In this document: piece by piece, positions 27,277-36,737 of the stretch | Layout of the letters: each line of letters starts with the position of its first letter | How positions within the stretch are numbered: the first letter of the stretch is position 1 | DNA from: Escherichia coli | GTDB lineage: Bacteria > Pseudomonadota > Gammaproteobacteria > Enterobacterales > Enterobacteriaceae | NCBI RefSeq assembly: GCF_016026235.1 | Contig: NZ_CP065613.1 | DNA: 64,000 bases | Direction: 5' to 3' (one strand) | The notes under the pieces: model-generated | Database searches by the model: none | What the model was told of the DNA's origin: nothing | Seen by the model: the letters and a program-made list of their open reading frames with translations, nothing else | Program-made: the position numbers and the translations under genes

Positions 27277-29209
27277 AGATTTCCTCGTCTCGCTTGGCTT
27301 CAGTGTGGATGATGCAGGAGCGAAAAAGTTCGGTTCTGTCCTCGCCGGTACAACTGCAAATGTCATCAAAATGGGGCTGGCTGTTGAAGGAGCTGCGCTG
27401 TCCGTGGTGGCCTTCACGGCTAAGATCGCCTCCGGTCTGGATAATCTTTACTGGGCGTCACAGCGCACCGGCGCGACAGTCCAGGGAATTCAGTCTATTG
27501 GCTATGCGGTTTCGCAGGTTGGCGGCAGCGTGGACGCTGCGCGATCTTCTCTGGAAAGCCTCTCCCGGTTTATTCGTAACAATCCCGGTGCAGAAGGCTT
27601 TCTGAATCGCCTGGGCGTACAGACCCGTGATGCCAGCGGTAACATGCGTGACATGGCCGCTATTTTTACTGGTGTAGGCCAGAAGCTCAGCGGTATGCCG
27701 TATTACCGGGCTAACCAGTATGCGCAGATGCTGGGCATTGACGAAAATACCCTTATGGCTATGCGTCGCGGAGTGGGGCAGTTCAGCGCTCAGTATTCAG
27801 AAATGGTGAAAGCGATCGGATTTAATGCCGATCAGGCTGCCTTATCGTCAAACCGGTTTATGACCTCGCTGAAATCGCTCGGTGAAATGGCCGGGATGGC
27901 GCGGGACAAAATCGGATCGAATCTTGCGGACGGACTGGCGGGGCAGATTGATAACCTGCGCAAAAAGATAATTGAAAATTTTCCCAAAATTGAAGTCACC
28001 ATCACAAAGGTCATAAAGGGGATCCTCTGGCTGGGTGAGATAGTCGGGCGGGGTGCATTCCGGATAGTCGATGGTGTCGGAGATATCATCGAGTGGTGGG
28101 GGAAACTGGATGCCGAAACGAAAACCCTGATAGAGGTTATCGGCGGTCTGGTTGTCGCCATGCGGATACTTAACTCTACTTTCTGGATGTCACCTATAGG
28201 GCTGATTACCGGTCTGATCGTGGCTCTCGGTCTCTTGTGGGAAGACTACAAAACATGGAAAGAAGGCGGTAACAGTCTTATCGACTGGGAAAAATGGCAA
28301 CCAGCAATAGATAAAGCGAAGGATGCGATCACCTGGCTTCGTGATCACCTTCTGGAACTAAAAGATGGTGTTGGCGGCTGGCAAAATGCACTGGAAATCC
28401 TCGGTACATTCATCGCGGGTGTCTGGGTATCCAAGGTTCTGGGGGCTTTCGGGAAAATATCAGGTTTGCTGGTCCCGCCGTGGTTAAAAGGCTGGATGGC
28501 TTATGCTGCGTATTTGTACTCTGATCGCGAAAATATTGGTGCCAGTGCGAAGTCATCCTGGGATTACACGAAACAAAATATTGGAGGTTCATTGCGCTGG
28601 CTTGGCATTGATACCGATTTTGGTCGTAATCCTCATACCGTAAAAGGCGCAAATATTCAGTCAGATATTCCAGGTGCTGAGCCGGAACAACATGCGCAGT
28701 CTACGAAGCGTACTTTAGCCGATCGGAATAACAATCCAGGGAATATTCGCCCGGTGAGCGGTAAAGGGTTCCGGTTTTTCGAATCAGCTCTTGAGGGCTG
28801 GGAGGCGATGAAAAACCAGCTCATGCGTTACTTTACTGGGAAAACAACCGGACGGGCATTACAGACTATTCAGGATATTGTCAGTACCTGGGCCCCGGCA
28901 GGTGATAACAACGATCCGAAAAAGTATGCACAGGATGTTGCGAAATGGATGGGAGTATCACCGAATGCAATATTGAATCTTACAGATCCCCGGACTATGG
29001 GAGCATTGATGCAGTCGATGGCGCGCAAAGAAGGTTATTCAAACTGGAACAGCCCGCTGGCGTATCAGGCCGCCGCTGGCAACCTTAACCAGCAGACTGT
29101 TATAAATGTTCATGGAGTTAACAACCCTCAGGAGGCGGCTAATCTGATCGCTGACAAGCAGGGGGCTGTAAATGCCAGGGCGGTACAGCAATTGAAAGGA
29201 CCTGCGTAA
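27257..29209 (+). CDS. tape measure protein
   Basis: 650 aa, helical with a TM-like central segment, in the expected position. The function of the C-terminal ~150 aa globular domain (NNNPGNIRP...) is unknown. Confidence 0.8.
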   Translation: MNAETIKDFLVSLGFSVDDAGAKKFGSVLAGTTANVIKMGLAVEGAALSVVAFTAKIASGLDNLYWASQRTGATVQGIQSIGYAVSQVGGSVDAARSSLESLSRFIRNNPGAEGFLNRLGVQTRDASGNMRDMAAIFTGVGQKLSGMPYYRANQYAQMLGIDENTLMAMRRGVGQFSAQYSEMVKAIGFNADQAALSSNRFMTSLKSLGEMAGMARDKIGSNLADGLAGQIDNLRKKIIENFPKIEVTITKVIKGILWLGEIVGRGAFRIVDGVGDIIEWWGKLDAETKTLIEVIGGLVVAMRILNSTFWMSPIGLITGLIVALGLLWEDYKTWKEGGNSLIDWEKWQPAIDKAKDAITWLRDHLLELKDGVGGWQNALEILGTFIAGVWVSKVLGAFGKISGLLVPPWLKGWMAYAAYLYSDRENIGASAKSSWDYTKQNIGGSLRWLGIDTDFGRNPHTVKGANIQSDIPGAEPEQHAQSTKRTLADRNNNPGNIRPVSGKGFRFFESALEGWEAMKNQLMRYFTGKTTGRALQTIQDIVSTWAPAGDNNDPKKYAQDVAKWMGVSPNAILNLTDPRTMGALMQSMARKEGYSNWNSPLAYQAAAGNLNQQTVINVHGVNNPQEAANLIADKQGAVNARAVQQLKGPA

Positions 29210-29859
29210 TGGACTTTTTATCTGTTTTACTGCAGCAGCGAACCCGCTCAATAGGAATCATTATTCCTGATGTGGTTATTACCGAAAAGCACACTGACGC
29301 CTTGGAAATTACGGAACATCCGGTTGAACAGCCCACGAATGCTGGTGCCAGTGGTGAGGGCGCTGGTTACATATCAGAACACGCATTCAGGCGCCCTTCT
29401 GAGGTTGTGATGGAAACCGGTTTTTCCGGAGGCGGATCGCTGCTTGATTTTGCCAGTAACCTGACTGCTACCAGTTTACTGGGGCTGAGCCCGAAAGAAC
29501 TGTATCAGGAACTGCTTAACTTGCAGCGGAATCGTATTCCTTTCGATGTGACAACCGGCAAGCGTATTTACAACAATATGTTGATAAAAACGCTGGAGGT
29601 CACGACCGATAAGAGTAGTGAAAATGTGCTTCTGGCGACACTTACCCTCAGGGAAGTAATTATTACCTCCACGCAGTCAGTCAGGGTTGCCCCGAAAAAC
29701 AATATGACCGAGGGAGTCGGAACGTCTGCTGTGCAGAATACAGGCACCAAAACAACGGTGCCGCCGAATAATTCCATTCTGAAATCGCTGCCACAGATGG
29801 CGCAAGAAGGTATCTCCACTGTTGATGGGTATTTGAGCAATTTATTTCTGGGAAGGTGA
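29209..29859 (+). CDS. tail/baseplate structural protein
   Basis: 216 aa. ATG overlaps the TMP stop. The call is positional. Confidence 0.45.
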   Translation: MDFLSVLLQQRTRSIGIIIPDVVITEKHTDALEITEHPVEQPTNAGASGEGAGYISEHAFRRPSEVVMETGFSGGGSLLDFASNLTATSLLGLSPKELYQELLNLQRNRIPFDVTTGKRIYNNMLIKTLEVTTDKSSENVLLATLTLREVIITSTQSVRVAPKNNMTEGVGTSAVQNTGTKTTVPPNNSILKSLPQMAQEGISTVDGYLSNLFLGR

Positions 29860-29862
29860 TTC

Positions 29863-30165
29863 ATGAAAGCCGTAGAAATCCCACTGGTTGCTGACAATCA
29901 GACTTTTGCCACCACAATTAACGGTTCGGTTTATCACCTGTCTGTCATCTGGCGAGGCGAGTGCTGGGTTCTGGATCTTGCTGACAGCAATGGCTCCGCC
30001 ATTATATCAGGTATACCGATGATTACGGGGGCTGACCTGCTGGCACAGTATCGATATATGGATCTGGGTTTTTCTCTGGTGGTGCTCTGCGACGTGGCAG
30101 GGCAGGAGAATCCGACGCAATTCGATCTTGGAACGCTCTCACACCTCTATGTTTTCACGGAGTAA
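29863..30165 (+). CDS. small baseplate-module protein
   Basis: 100-aa ORF in operon. Confidence 0.45.
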   Translation: MKAVEIPLVADNQTFATTINGSVYHLSVIWRGECWVLDLADSNGSAIISGIPMITGADLLAQYRYMDLGFSLVVLCDVAGQENPTQFDLGTLSHLYVFTE

Positions 30166-30167
30166 CA

Positions 30168-31208
30168 ATGTCGAAAAACTGGATGCGTCACTTTGAATTA
30201 TTGCTTGTTGATGATAAGGGCGACGGGATAAAAATTTCTGAGCTTAAAGTCACTTTCAATATTCAGAAAATGCCTGCGACCATATTTAATGGATTTGTTG
30301 GAAATTTTAAGGTTTATAACCTGTCTCCTACCACTCAGAACCGGATTATGCAGAAGGAGTTTTCGCGTATACAGGTTATTGCCGGATACAAGGGGCAACC
30401 GGATGCAGCAGGTAATTATCCTGATGAAAACGTTGGTATGATATTCAATGGAGATATCCGTTTTACTGTCACTGGTAAAGATAATGCCACAGACAGTTGG
30501 ATCATGTTGCAGTGTATTGACAGCTGGGAAGGCCACCTGAACGCAAGTGTGAAAACCACAGTGGCTGCTGGCTGGAAGTACAGCGATCTTTTCAGTCTGG
30601 GTATGAAATCATTCGAACCATATGGCATCGAATCCGGTGCAGTTCCTGACATGCCTGAAACGGTATTTCCCCGAGGTCGCGTTGTTTATCAAAACACATC
30701 AAGGTTGATGAATCATATCGCAGGGCAGTGTAAAGCTAACTGGTGGTATGAAAATAATCTGGTAAATATTGTTCCTGAAGATAAATATATTGGTGTTGCT
30801 ACGGTGTTGAATGCTAACACCGGGCTTATCAGTATGCCACAGCAGACGATGGGAGCTGGCGTAAATGTCAGATGTCTGATTAATCCAAATATTAAGCTCG
30901 GTGGGCTTATTCGTCTGGATCAGGCATCTGTATACCGTGCCTCTTTGAGTAATGACCAGGTAGCGAAATCGCCAGCACGACTGGATGAGTCTGAAAGCGA
31001 CGGTAATCTCTACGTTAACGGTCTGCCAGGCATGTCACAGCCTGCCAGCATTAATACTGACGGTGATTACATTGTGGGCAGCATTGATTATACTGGCGAC
31101 ACCCGAGGGCAGGCGTGGTATATGGACCTGCTTTGCCTGGCTAAAGGGAGTAAAAGTTTACTCACTCCTGATACGATAGCGAAAATAAGTGGGGTACCAA
31201 ATGCTTAA
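30168..31208 (+). CDS. baseplate hub-like protein (gpD/gp44-position)
   Basis: 346 aa. Position relative to the spike and wedge genes. Confidence 0.5.
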   Translation: MSKNWMRHFELLLVDDKGDGIKISELKVTFNIQKMPATIFNGFVGNFKVYNLSPTTQNRIMQKEFSRIQVIAGYKGQPDAAGNYPDENVGMIFNGDIRFTVTGKDNATDSWIMLQCIDSWEGHLNASVKTTVAAGWKYSDLFSLGMKSFEPYGIESGAVPDMPETVFPRGRVVYQNTSRLMNHIAGQCKANWWYENNLVNIVPEDKYIGVATVLNANTGLISMPQQTMGAGVNVRCLINPNIKLGGLIRLDQASVYRASLSNDQVAKSPARLDESESDGNLYVNGLPGMSQPASINTDGDYIVGSIDYTGDTRGQAWYMDLLCLAKGSKSLLTPDTIAKISGVPNA

Positions 31209-31443
31209 ATGGATCTTATTACTGGTATATTTTGTGACTTTGTCTTCTGTGGCTGCGGTAACATGCACCACTTCAAATACAGGAACAACTTACTGTACTG
31301 GTACAGACAGTAGTGGTTCTACAGTTAAAACAGAATCTTATACAACCAATACAGGTACTACGTATACCACAGGAACGATTAATGGGAGTGCAGTACATCG
31401 TGAATGCCAGGCGACCAATACTGGCACAACGTACTGTAATTAA
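31201..31443 (+). CDS. small secreted Thr/Gly/Cys-rich repeat protein (NTGTTY x3), moron
   Basis: MLKWILLLVYFVTLSSVAA signal peptide, then TSNTGTTYCTGT / TTNTGTTYTTGT / ATNTGTTYCN repeats. AT-rich (~37% GC in the first 60 nt, hand count). The ATG overlaps the hub gene stop. Confidence 0.55.
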   Translation: MLKWILLLVYFVTLSSVAAVTCTTSNTGTTYCTGTDSSGSTVKTESYTTNTGTTYTTGTINGSAVHRECQATNTGTTYCN

Positions 31444-31478
31444 TTTTTTTAAGAAATCAGCTATAAGAGACATTTGTA

Positions 31479-31820
31479 ATGAAGAAAATATTCCTTCTCG
31501 CAGTGTTGACTCCAACAATTTGTGTAGGTGGAACGCTGAATGATTTTTTTGGACTGCACACCTCACTGGCTGATAACTACATCATCAAGAGAGAGATCAC
31601 AAATAGGGCTGTTTCTAATGCGGCTATGGACGCTGTATCTAATGGTCGTGAGGCGGATTTTGGTGATGAGTTAATGAAAGAACATGGTGATAGTTATGGT
31701 GAAATAGCTCTGCGTCAACTCGCTTTCGAGTGCGGTTATTCTTTTTCCGATAGTGGCCAATCTCTTACGATTCTAAAAAAAGAAGAATGTAGATTGGTGC
31801 TATCTGAAAATAAGAAATGA
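31479..31820 (+). CDS. secreted/periplasmic 113-aa protein, moron
   Basis: MKKIFLLAVLTPTICVGG signal-like N-terminus; not a canonical lipobox. Followed by its own terminator. Confidence 0.55.
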   Translation: MKKIFLLAVLTPTICVGGTLNDFFGLHTSLADNYIIKREITNRAVSNAAMDAVSNGREADFGDELMKEHGDSYGEIALRQLAFECGYSFSDSGQSLTILKKEECRLVLSENKK

Positions 31821-31884
31821 GTTCGCTAAATTAACTTTTCACGGTAATTGCTTCTATCACCATGGAAAGAAAACTAGCTACATA

Positions 31885-31909
31885 AAACCCGCCTTCGAGT
31901 GGGTTTTTT
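31885..31909 (+). terminator. intrinsic terminator closing the two-gene moron
   Basis: AACCCGC-cttcga-GTGGGTT followed by TTTTT. Confidence 0.65.
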
Positions 31910-31928
31910 GCTTTCTGGAGGCATATGA

Positions 31929-32681
31929 ATGCCAGTTTCTTTAAGCGCTCAACTTGGTAGCAAAGAACAGGCCGATGTAAGACTTGCTGGCTCTGTCATG
32001 TCGGCGCTGCGTGTTTCTATGCCCGGCATCGTCCAGTCATTTGATCCGGACACGGTAACGGTAGTTGTTCAACCAGCGATTAAAGGCTATGAGCCAGACT
32101 CAAATGGAATCAACCAGTCGACGACATTACCCTTGCTGGTGGATGTGCCAGTGGTATTCCCGCGCGGCGGAGGCTGTACGTTGACTTTTCCGGTAAAAGC
32201 CGGGGATGAGTGTCTTGTCGTTTTTGCCGATCGTTGTATTGATTTCTGGTGGCAGAGTGGCGGGATACAGGAGCCGGTTGATGACAGAATGCATGATTTA
32301 TCGGATGCGTTTTGTATTGTAGGTCCCCAGTCGCAGGCGAGGAAGATTAGCGGTATTAATACCAGTGCCACACAGTTGCGTAGTGACGACGGCAGTACCT
32401 ATTTTGAGCTTAATCCTGATACCAGGAAAATTAAAATTGTCGCTCCGGGTGGTCTTGATGTGGTTGCCCCTCTGGCTGATTTTTCTGAGAAAGTAACCAT
32501 TCATGGCCTGTTAACCTGGATGGGTGGCATGGTGGGGTCTGTTGTTTCTGGTGTGGCTTCAAAAATCACTGGTGCTGTTGAGTTTTTGGGTAGCGTGAAG
32601 GCTAACGGCAAGCCAATCGATGATACGCACACTCATGGTGGTGTTCAGCGCGGTGGAAGCAATACCGACGGAGTAAACTGA
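31929..32681 (+). CDS. baseplate central spike (Mu gp45 / gpV-like)
   Basis: PGIVQSFDPDTVTVVVQPAIKG...VDVPVVFPRGGG...AGDECLVVFADRCID is the typical OB-fold spike N-domain pattern. Confidence 0.65.
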   Translation: MPVSLSAQLGSKEQADVRLAGSVMSALRVSMPGIVQSFDPDTVTVVVQPAIKGYEPDSNGINQSTTLPLLVDVPVVFPRGGGCTLTFPVKAGDECLVVFADRCIDFWWQSGGIQEPVDDRMHDLSDAFCIVGPQSQARKISGINTSATQLRSDDGSTYFELNPDTRKIKIVAPGGLDVVAPLADFSEKVTIHGLLTWMGGMVGSVVSGVASKITGAVEFLGSVKANGKPIDDTHTHGGVQRGGSNTDGVN

Positions 32682-33034
32682 TGCGATACAGACGTGAAGA
32701 CGCCGATGGCGATTACACCTTTGGCAGCGGTGATGACACCTGGCTGATTAACTCACCGGAGGCCGTGGCGCAGGCGGTAAAAACGCGATTCGAATTGTGG
32801 TATGGGCAATGGTTTCTCGACACCACCGAGGGGACTCCGTGGATCCAGTCCGTACTCGGTAAGCAGAAGCCGGAAACCTACAACCTGGCGATCCGTAAGC
32901 GCATCCTCGAAACGCGGGGCGTTAAATCAATCCTCTCTTTCAATACTACGGTGGATACCACGACCCGACGTGTCAGGTTTTCCACTGAAATCGACACTCT
33001 CTATGGAATAACGACTGTTACATCGGAGGCGTAA
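32681..33034 (+). CDS. baseplate wedge small subunit (gpW/gp25-position)
   Basis: 117 aa with ATGA overlap. The call is positional. Confidence 0.45.
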   Translation: MRYRREDADGDYTFGSGDDTWLINSPEAVAQAVKTRFELWYGQWFLDTTEGTPWIQSVLGKQKPETYNLAIRKRILETRGVKSILSFNTTVDTTTRRVRFSTEIDTLYGITTVTSEA

Positions 33035-34233
33035 TGGCTCTGAACCTTGATTCTCTCGGTTTATCTGCAAAGGTAACCGCGGAGGGGATCAGTGCGCCTG
33101 ATTATCAGACGATACTCAGCACCCTGATTAGCTATTTTCAGCAGATTTATGGTAGTGATGCCTACCTCGAACCGGACAGTAAAGACGGTCAGATGGTGGC
33201 TCTGATGGCGCTGGCGATTCATGATGCCAATAATATGGCTATAACTGTCTACAACTGTTTTTCACCGGCAACCGGCTATGGGGCTGCACTGACCAGTAAC
33301 GTGAAAATAAATGGTATTTCACGTAAAGGCGCGACGAACTCTACGGTTGATTTGCTTCTTACAGGAACAGCCGGAACAACCATCATTAATGGCAGCGTGA
33401 AAGATGGTAATAATGTGATATGGCGTTTGCCTGCGTCAGTGGTGGTCGGTGTGGATGGTACAGTGATGGCGACCGCAAGATGTTCCGTCAGTGGTGCAGT
33501 GGCGGCGCTGGCTGGAACTATCACTGAAATTAATACGCCAACCCGTGGCTGGGTTTCGGTAATTAATCCTGCTGCGGCTACTGTTGGCTCTCCGGCAGAA
33601 ACTGATGCTGAGTTACGTATCCGCCAGTCGCAAAGTGTTGCGTTGCCATCAATAACCCCATTTGAAGCACTGGATGGTGCTGTTTCTAATGTTGCCGGTG
33701 TAACCCGCCACAAACTCTATGAAAACGATACTGGTTCGGAGGACGGTAACGGGTTACCGCCACACTCTGTTGCTGTAATTGTGGATGGCGGTGATGTGAC
33801 GGATATTGCTCAGGCTATCAGAGGGAATAAAGGCCAGGGGACAGCCACTCACGGTACAACATCCGTTACGGTTCCGGATAAATACGGCAATCCCCATGTA
33901 ATCAAATTCTCGCGTTCCAGTGATGTGCCTGTTTATGCCCGGATTAAATTAAAAGTTTTTACGGGTTATACCTCACAGATAGGGCAGCAGATCCAGCAGG
34001 TTATTTCCGACTATATCAATAGTCTGACGATTGGTGATTCGGTCCTTTTAAGTCGCATTTACTCACCGGCGAATCTTGGCGTGGTGAGTGGCGGGAATGC
34101 ACGCTATTACGATATTCAGGAGCTGACGATTGGGAAATCCCCGGGGGCTTTGTCGTCATCAAACATTGATATCAGATACAACGAATCTGCGTCCTGTACC
34201 CCGGAAAATATCGTTATAACGGTGGAGTCATGA
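33034..34233 (+). CDS. baseplate J-like protein
   Basis: 399 aa. Position and family memory. Confidence 0.6.
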   Translation: MALNLDSLGLSAKVTAEGISAPDYQTILSTLISYFQQIYGSDAYLEPDSKDGQMVALMALAIHDANNMAITVYNCFSPATGYGAALTSNVKINGISRKGATNSTVDLLLTGTAGTTIINGSVKDGNNVIWRLPASVVVGVDGTVMATARCSVSGAVAALAGTITEINTPTRGWVSVINPAAATVGSPAETDAELRIRQSQSVALPSITPFEALDGAVSNVAGVTRHKLYENDTGSEDGNGLPPHSVAVIVDGGDVTDIAQAIRGNKGQGTATHGTTSVTVPDKYGNPHVIKFSRSSDVPVYARIKLKVFTGYTSQIGQQIQQVISDYINSLTIGDSVLLSRIYSPANLGVVSGGNARYYDIQELTIGKSPGALSSSNIDIRYNESASCTPENIVITVES

Positions 34234-34910
34234 GCAAATACACCGAACTAATCACGAACTACCACGCCACCAAACCTAAATTTCTTGCGCATGTTGATCT
34301 GATGACTCGGCCACTTATTGATGTTGCGGCTGCCACCAGAGGGCTGATTACTGCATTTGATATTGACTCTGCGGTTGGTGTGCAACTTGACATTCTGGGA
34401 TTGTGGATCGGACGTAGCCGTGTTGTCAGCCAGCCTATCTCAGGTGTCTATTTCAGCTGGGATACCGACGGGCTTGGATATGATCAGGGGGTATGGCAGG
34501 GACCATACGATCCTGATTCCGGATACATGTACCTCAGCGATGAAACTTATCGTGTCATTCTTAAAGCGAAGATTGCGATTAATAACTGGGATGGACGGAA
34601 TGATTCGCTTCCGGCAATTCTTGACGCTGCAACAGCAGGATCCGGGCTGCGAATGCAGATAGTCGATAATCAGGACATGACGATATCGGTCTGGGTCTTT
34701 CCTGATACTGATATTTCAGATGTATCGTGTGAGTTAATTGCGGCAATTAAACAGGGGTATCTCACAGTAAAAGCCGCCGGGGTATGGGCGGGTGGCATTG
34801 AAACACCTTCGGTGGAAACCCCATCGGAAGGCTCAAAATTTTTTGGTTTTGATATGGATAACGAATTCATCAGTGGTTTTGATGTAGGAGCATGGGGAGT
34901 ATTACTCTGA
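34230..34910 (+). CDS. baseplate/tail-fibre attachment protein (gpI / DUF2612-like)
   Basis: 226 aa with ATGA overlap. Confidence 0.5.
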   Translation: MSKYTELITNYHATKPKFLAHVDLMTRPLIDVAAATRGLITAFDIDSAVGVQLDILGLWIGRSRVVSQPISGVYFSWDTDGLGYDQGVWQGPYDPDSGYMYLSDETYRVILKAKIAINNWDGRNDSLPAILDAATAGSGLRMQIVDNQDMTISVWVFPDTDISDVSCELIAAIKQGYLTVKAAGVWAGGIETPSVETPSEGSKFFGFDMDNEFISGFDVGAWGVLL

Positions 34911-36166
34911 TGGCGAAAAATGACTTTAAAGCGTTTGCAACGGGTAAAAATGCCAATGTTATGTCGCAGGAGGAATGGGAAGCGTTGCCTGCGCTTTTAT
35001 CCGGATTTACAGCAGGGAAAGCATCCAGTGCGCAAGTCAATAAGGTTATTCGGCAGGCCAGCTTTATTGCTGCAGCTCTGGCCCAGTTTGTAAGTGACAA
35101 AACGCAACGGGATGTGCTTGATAATGGTGATCTGCCCGGTTTTGTTGAATTGCTGGGATCGGGGTTTGCTGTTGAATACCTGAGCCGCAAGAATCCGTTT
35201 GGCGATATCAAATCGGATGGCACGGTGAAAACGGCTCTCGAAAACCTTGGTTTACAGGAAACGGTAAACAAGGCTGGTAACGCTGTCCAAAAGACAGGCG
35301 ATACCTTGTCCGGTGGACTTACTTTTGAAAACGACTCAATCCTCGCCTGGATTCGGAATACTGACTGGGCAAAGATTGGTTTTAAAAATGATGCCGACAG
35401 CGATACTGATTCATACATGTGGTTTGAAACAGGTGACAACGGCAATGAGTATTTCAAATGGAGACACCGCCTCGCTGGCGGCCAGCTCAAAGAGCTGATG
35501 AATCTTAAATGGGATTCACTAAATATTCTGGTTAATGCCGTCATTAATGGTTGCCTTGGCATTGGTACGACGAATGCGTTAGGTGGAAATTCAATTGCTT
35601 TCGGGGATAACGATACCGGCCTGAAACAGAACGGCGATGGTCTGCTGGATGTTTATGCGAATGGACAGCATGTATTTCGTTTTCAGAATGGCGTGGCTAT
35701 TGCTTTTAAGAATATTCAGGCCGGAACTGCCAGAAAATTCACGTTATCCAGCGCCAACAACTCCACGAAAAATGCAGCGTTTTGTTTGTGGGGTAATCCA
35801 TCCAGGCCTGTTGTTGCAGAGCTTGGTGATGATTCAGGCTGGCATTTTTTCAGCCAGAGGAATACAGATAACAGCATCACGTTCGCCGTAAACGGACAGG
35901 TAATTCCGTTAAATTACGGAAACTTCGATGCCCGCTATAAACATCGAACTGAGGGGGTACAGGATGTGCGATATGGCCATGAAATGTATTACGGCCCCGG
36001 CAGTAACACCGTTTCGTGGACATTTCGCGCACCTTCGGGACACGGGCTGTCAGGGGTAAAGATATCGGATACCCACCGTAACTCAGCGGATAACGTTGAC
36101 GGTGTGTATTACCGACCGCTGCAAAAACTGATTAATGGTACCTGGTATAACGTGGCGAGCGTTTAA
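34910..36166 (+). CDS. tail fibre protein 1
   Basis: MAKNDFKAFATGKNANVMSQEEWEALPALLSGFTAGKASSAQVNKVIRQASFIAAALAQF is the conserved fibre N-terminus seen in P2 H/Mu S-type fibres. ATG 34910 overlaps the upstream TGA. Confidence 0.8.
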   Translation: MAKNDFKAFATGKNANVMSQEEWEALPALLSGFTAGKASSAQVNKVIRQASFIAAALAQFVSDKTQRDVLDNGDLPGFVELLGSGFAVEYLSRKNPFGDIKSDGTVKTALENLGLQETVNKAGNAVQKTGDTLSGGLTFENDSILAWIRNTDWAKIGFKNDADSDTDSYMWFETGDNGNEYFKWRHRLAGGQLKELMNLKWDSLNILVNAVINGCLGIGTTNALGGNSIAFGDNDTGLKQNGDGLLDVYANGQHVFRFQNGVAIAFKNIQAGTARKFTLSSANNSTKNAAFCLWGNPSRPVVAELGDDSGWHFFSQRNTDNSITFAVNGQVIPLNYGNFDARYKHRTEGVQDVRYGHEMYYGPGSNTVSWTFRAPSGHGLSGVKISDTHRNSADNVDGVYYRPLQKLINGTWYNVASV

Positions 36167-36168
36167 TT

Positions 36169-36714
36169 ATGTTACATTTAAAAAATATTACAGCGGGTAA
36201 TCCAAAAACTGTTGAGCAATATCAGATGACAAAACGATATTCGGTCACCTGGCTTTTTTCGGAAGACGACAAAAACTGGTATGAAGAACTGAAGAATTTC
36301 GCCAGCGACACAATAAAAATAGCTTACACCGGAGACGGTCGTGTGGTGTGGGTCGGTAAGGATGTGACAGGCATCGAGCCACGCAATGCCAGTGTTATTG
36401 AAGTTCCTGATATTACCGCTAACCGACGGATTACCGCGCCGGGTTACTGGTTTTACCGCAATGATGAATTTGTCTTTGACTACAGACTCAAAGCGGAAGA
36501 TGAGCGTGATGCCCTTCTGGCTCAGGTCAGTGCCCGGACAGGGGAATGGGAAGAAGACCTGCTGCTGGGGTTAATCAGCGACGAAGATAAAGAAAAGCTG
36601 AAAGCCTGTCGTATTTACGCGAAATCACTGCAGGCGATGGATTTCAGCGCCATCACTGATAAATCCTCATACAACGCCATTGAATGGCCCGTCTCTCCGG
36701 AAGGTTCTTCCTGA
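36169..36714 (+). CDS. tfa: tail fibre assembly chaperone 1
   Basis: 181 aa directly after the fibre gene. The C-terminus ...EDKEKLKACRIYAKSLQAMDFSAITD...IEWPVSP is typical of Tfa. Confidence 0.75.
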   Translation: MLHLKNITAGNPKTVEQYQMTKRYSVTWLFSEDDKNWYEELKNFASDTIKIAYTGDGRVVWVGKDVTGIEPRNASVIEVPDITANRRITAPGYWFYRNDEFVFDYRLKAEDERDALLAQVSARTGEWEEDLLLGLISDEDKEKLKACRIYAKSLQAMDFSAITDKSSYNAIEWPVSPEGSS

Positions 36715-36737
36715 TTTAATTTATCGCGAGAAAAACA

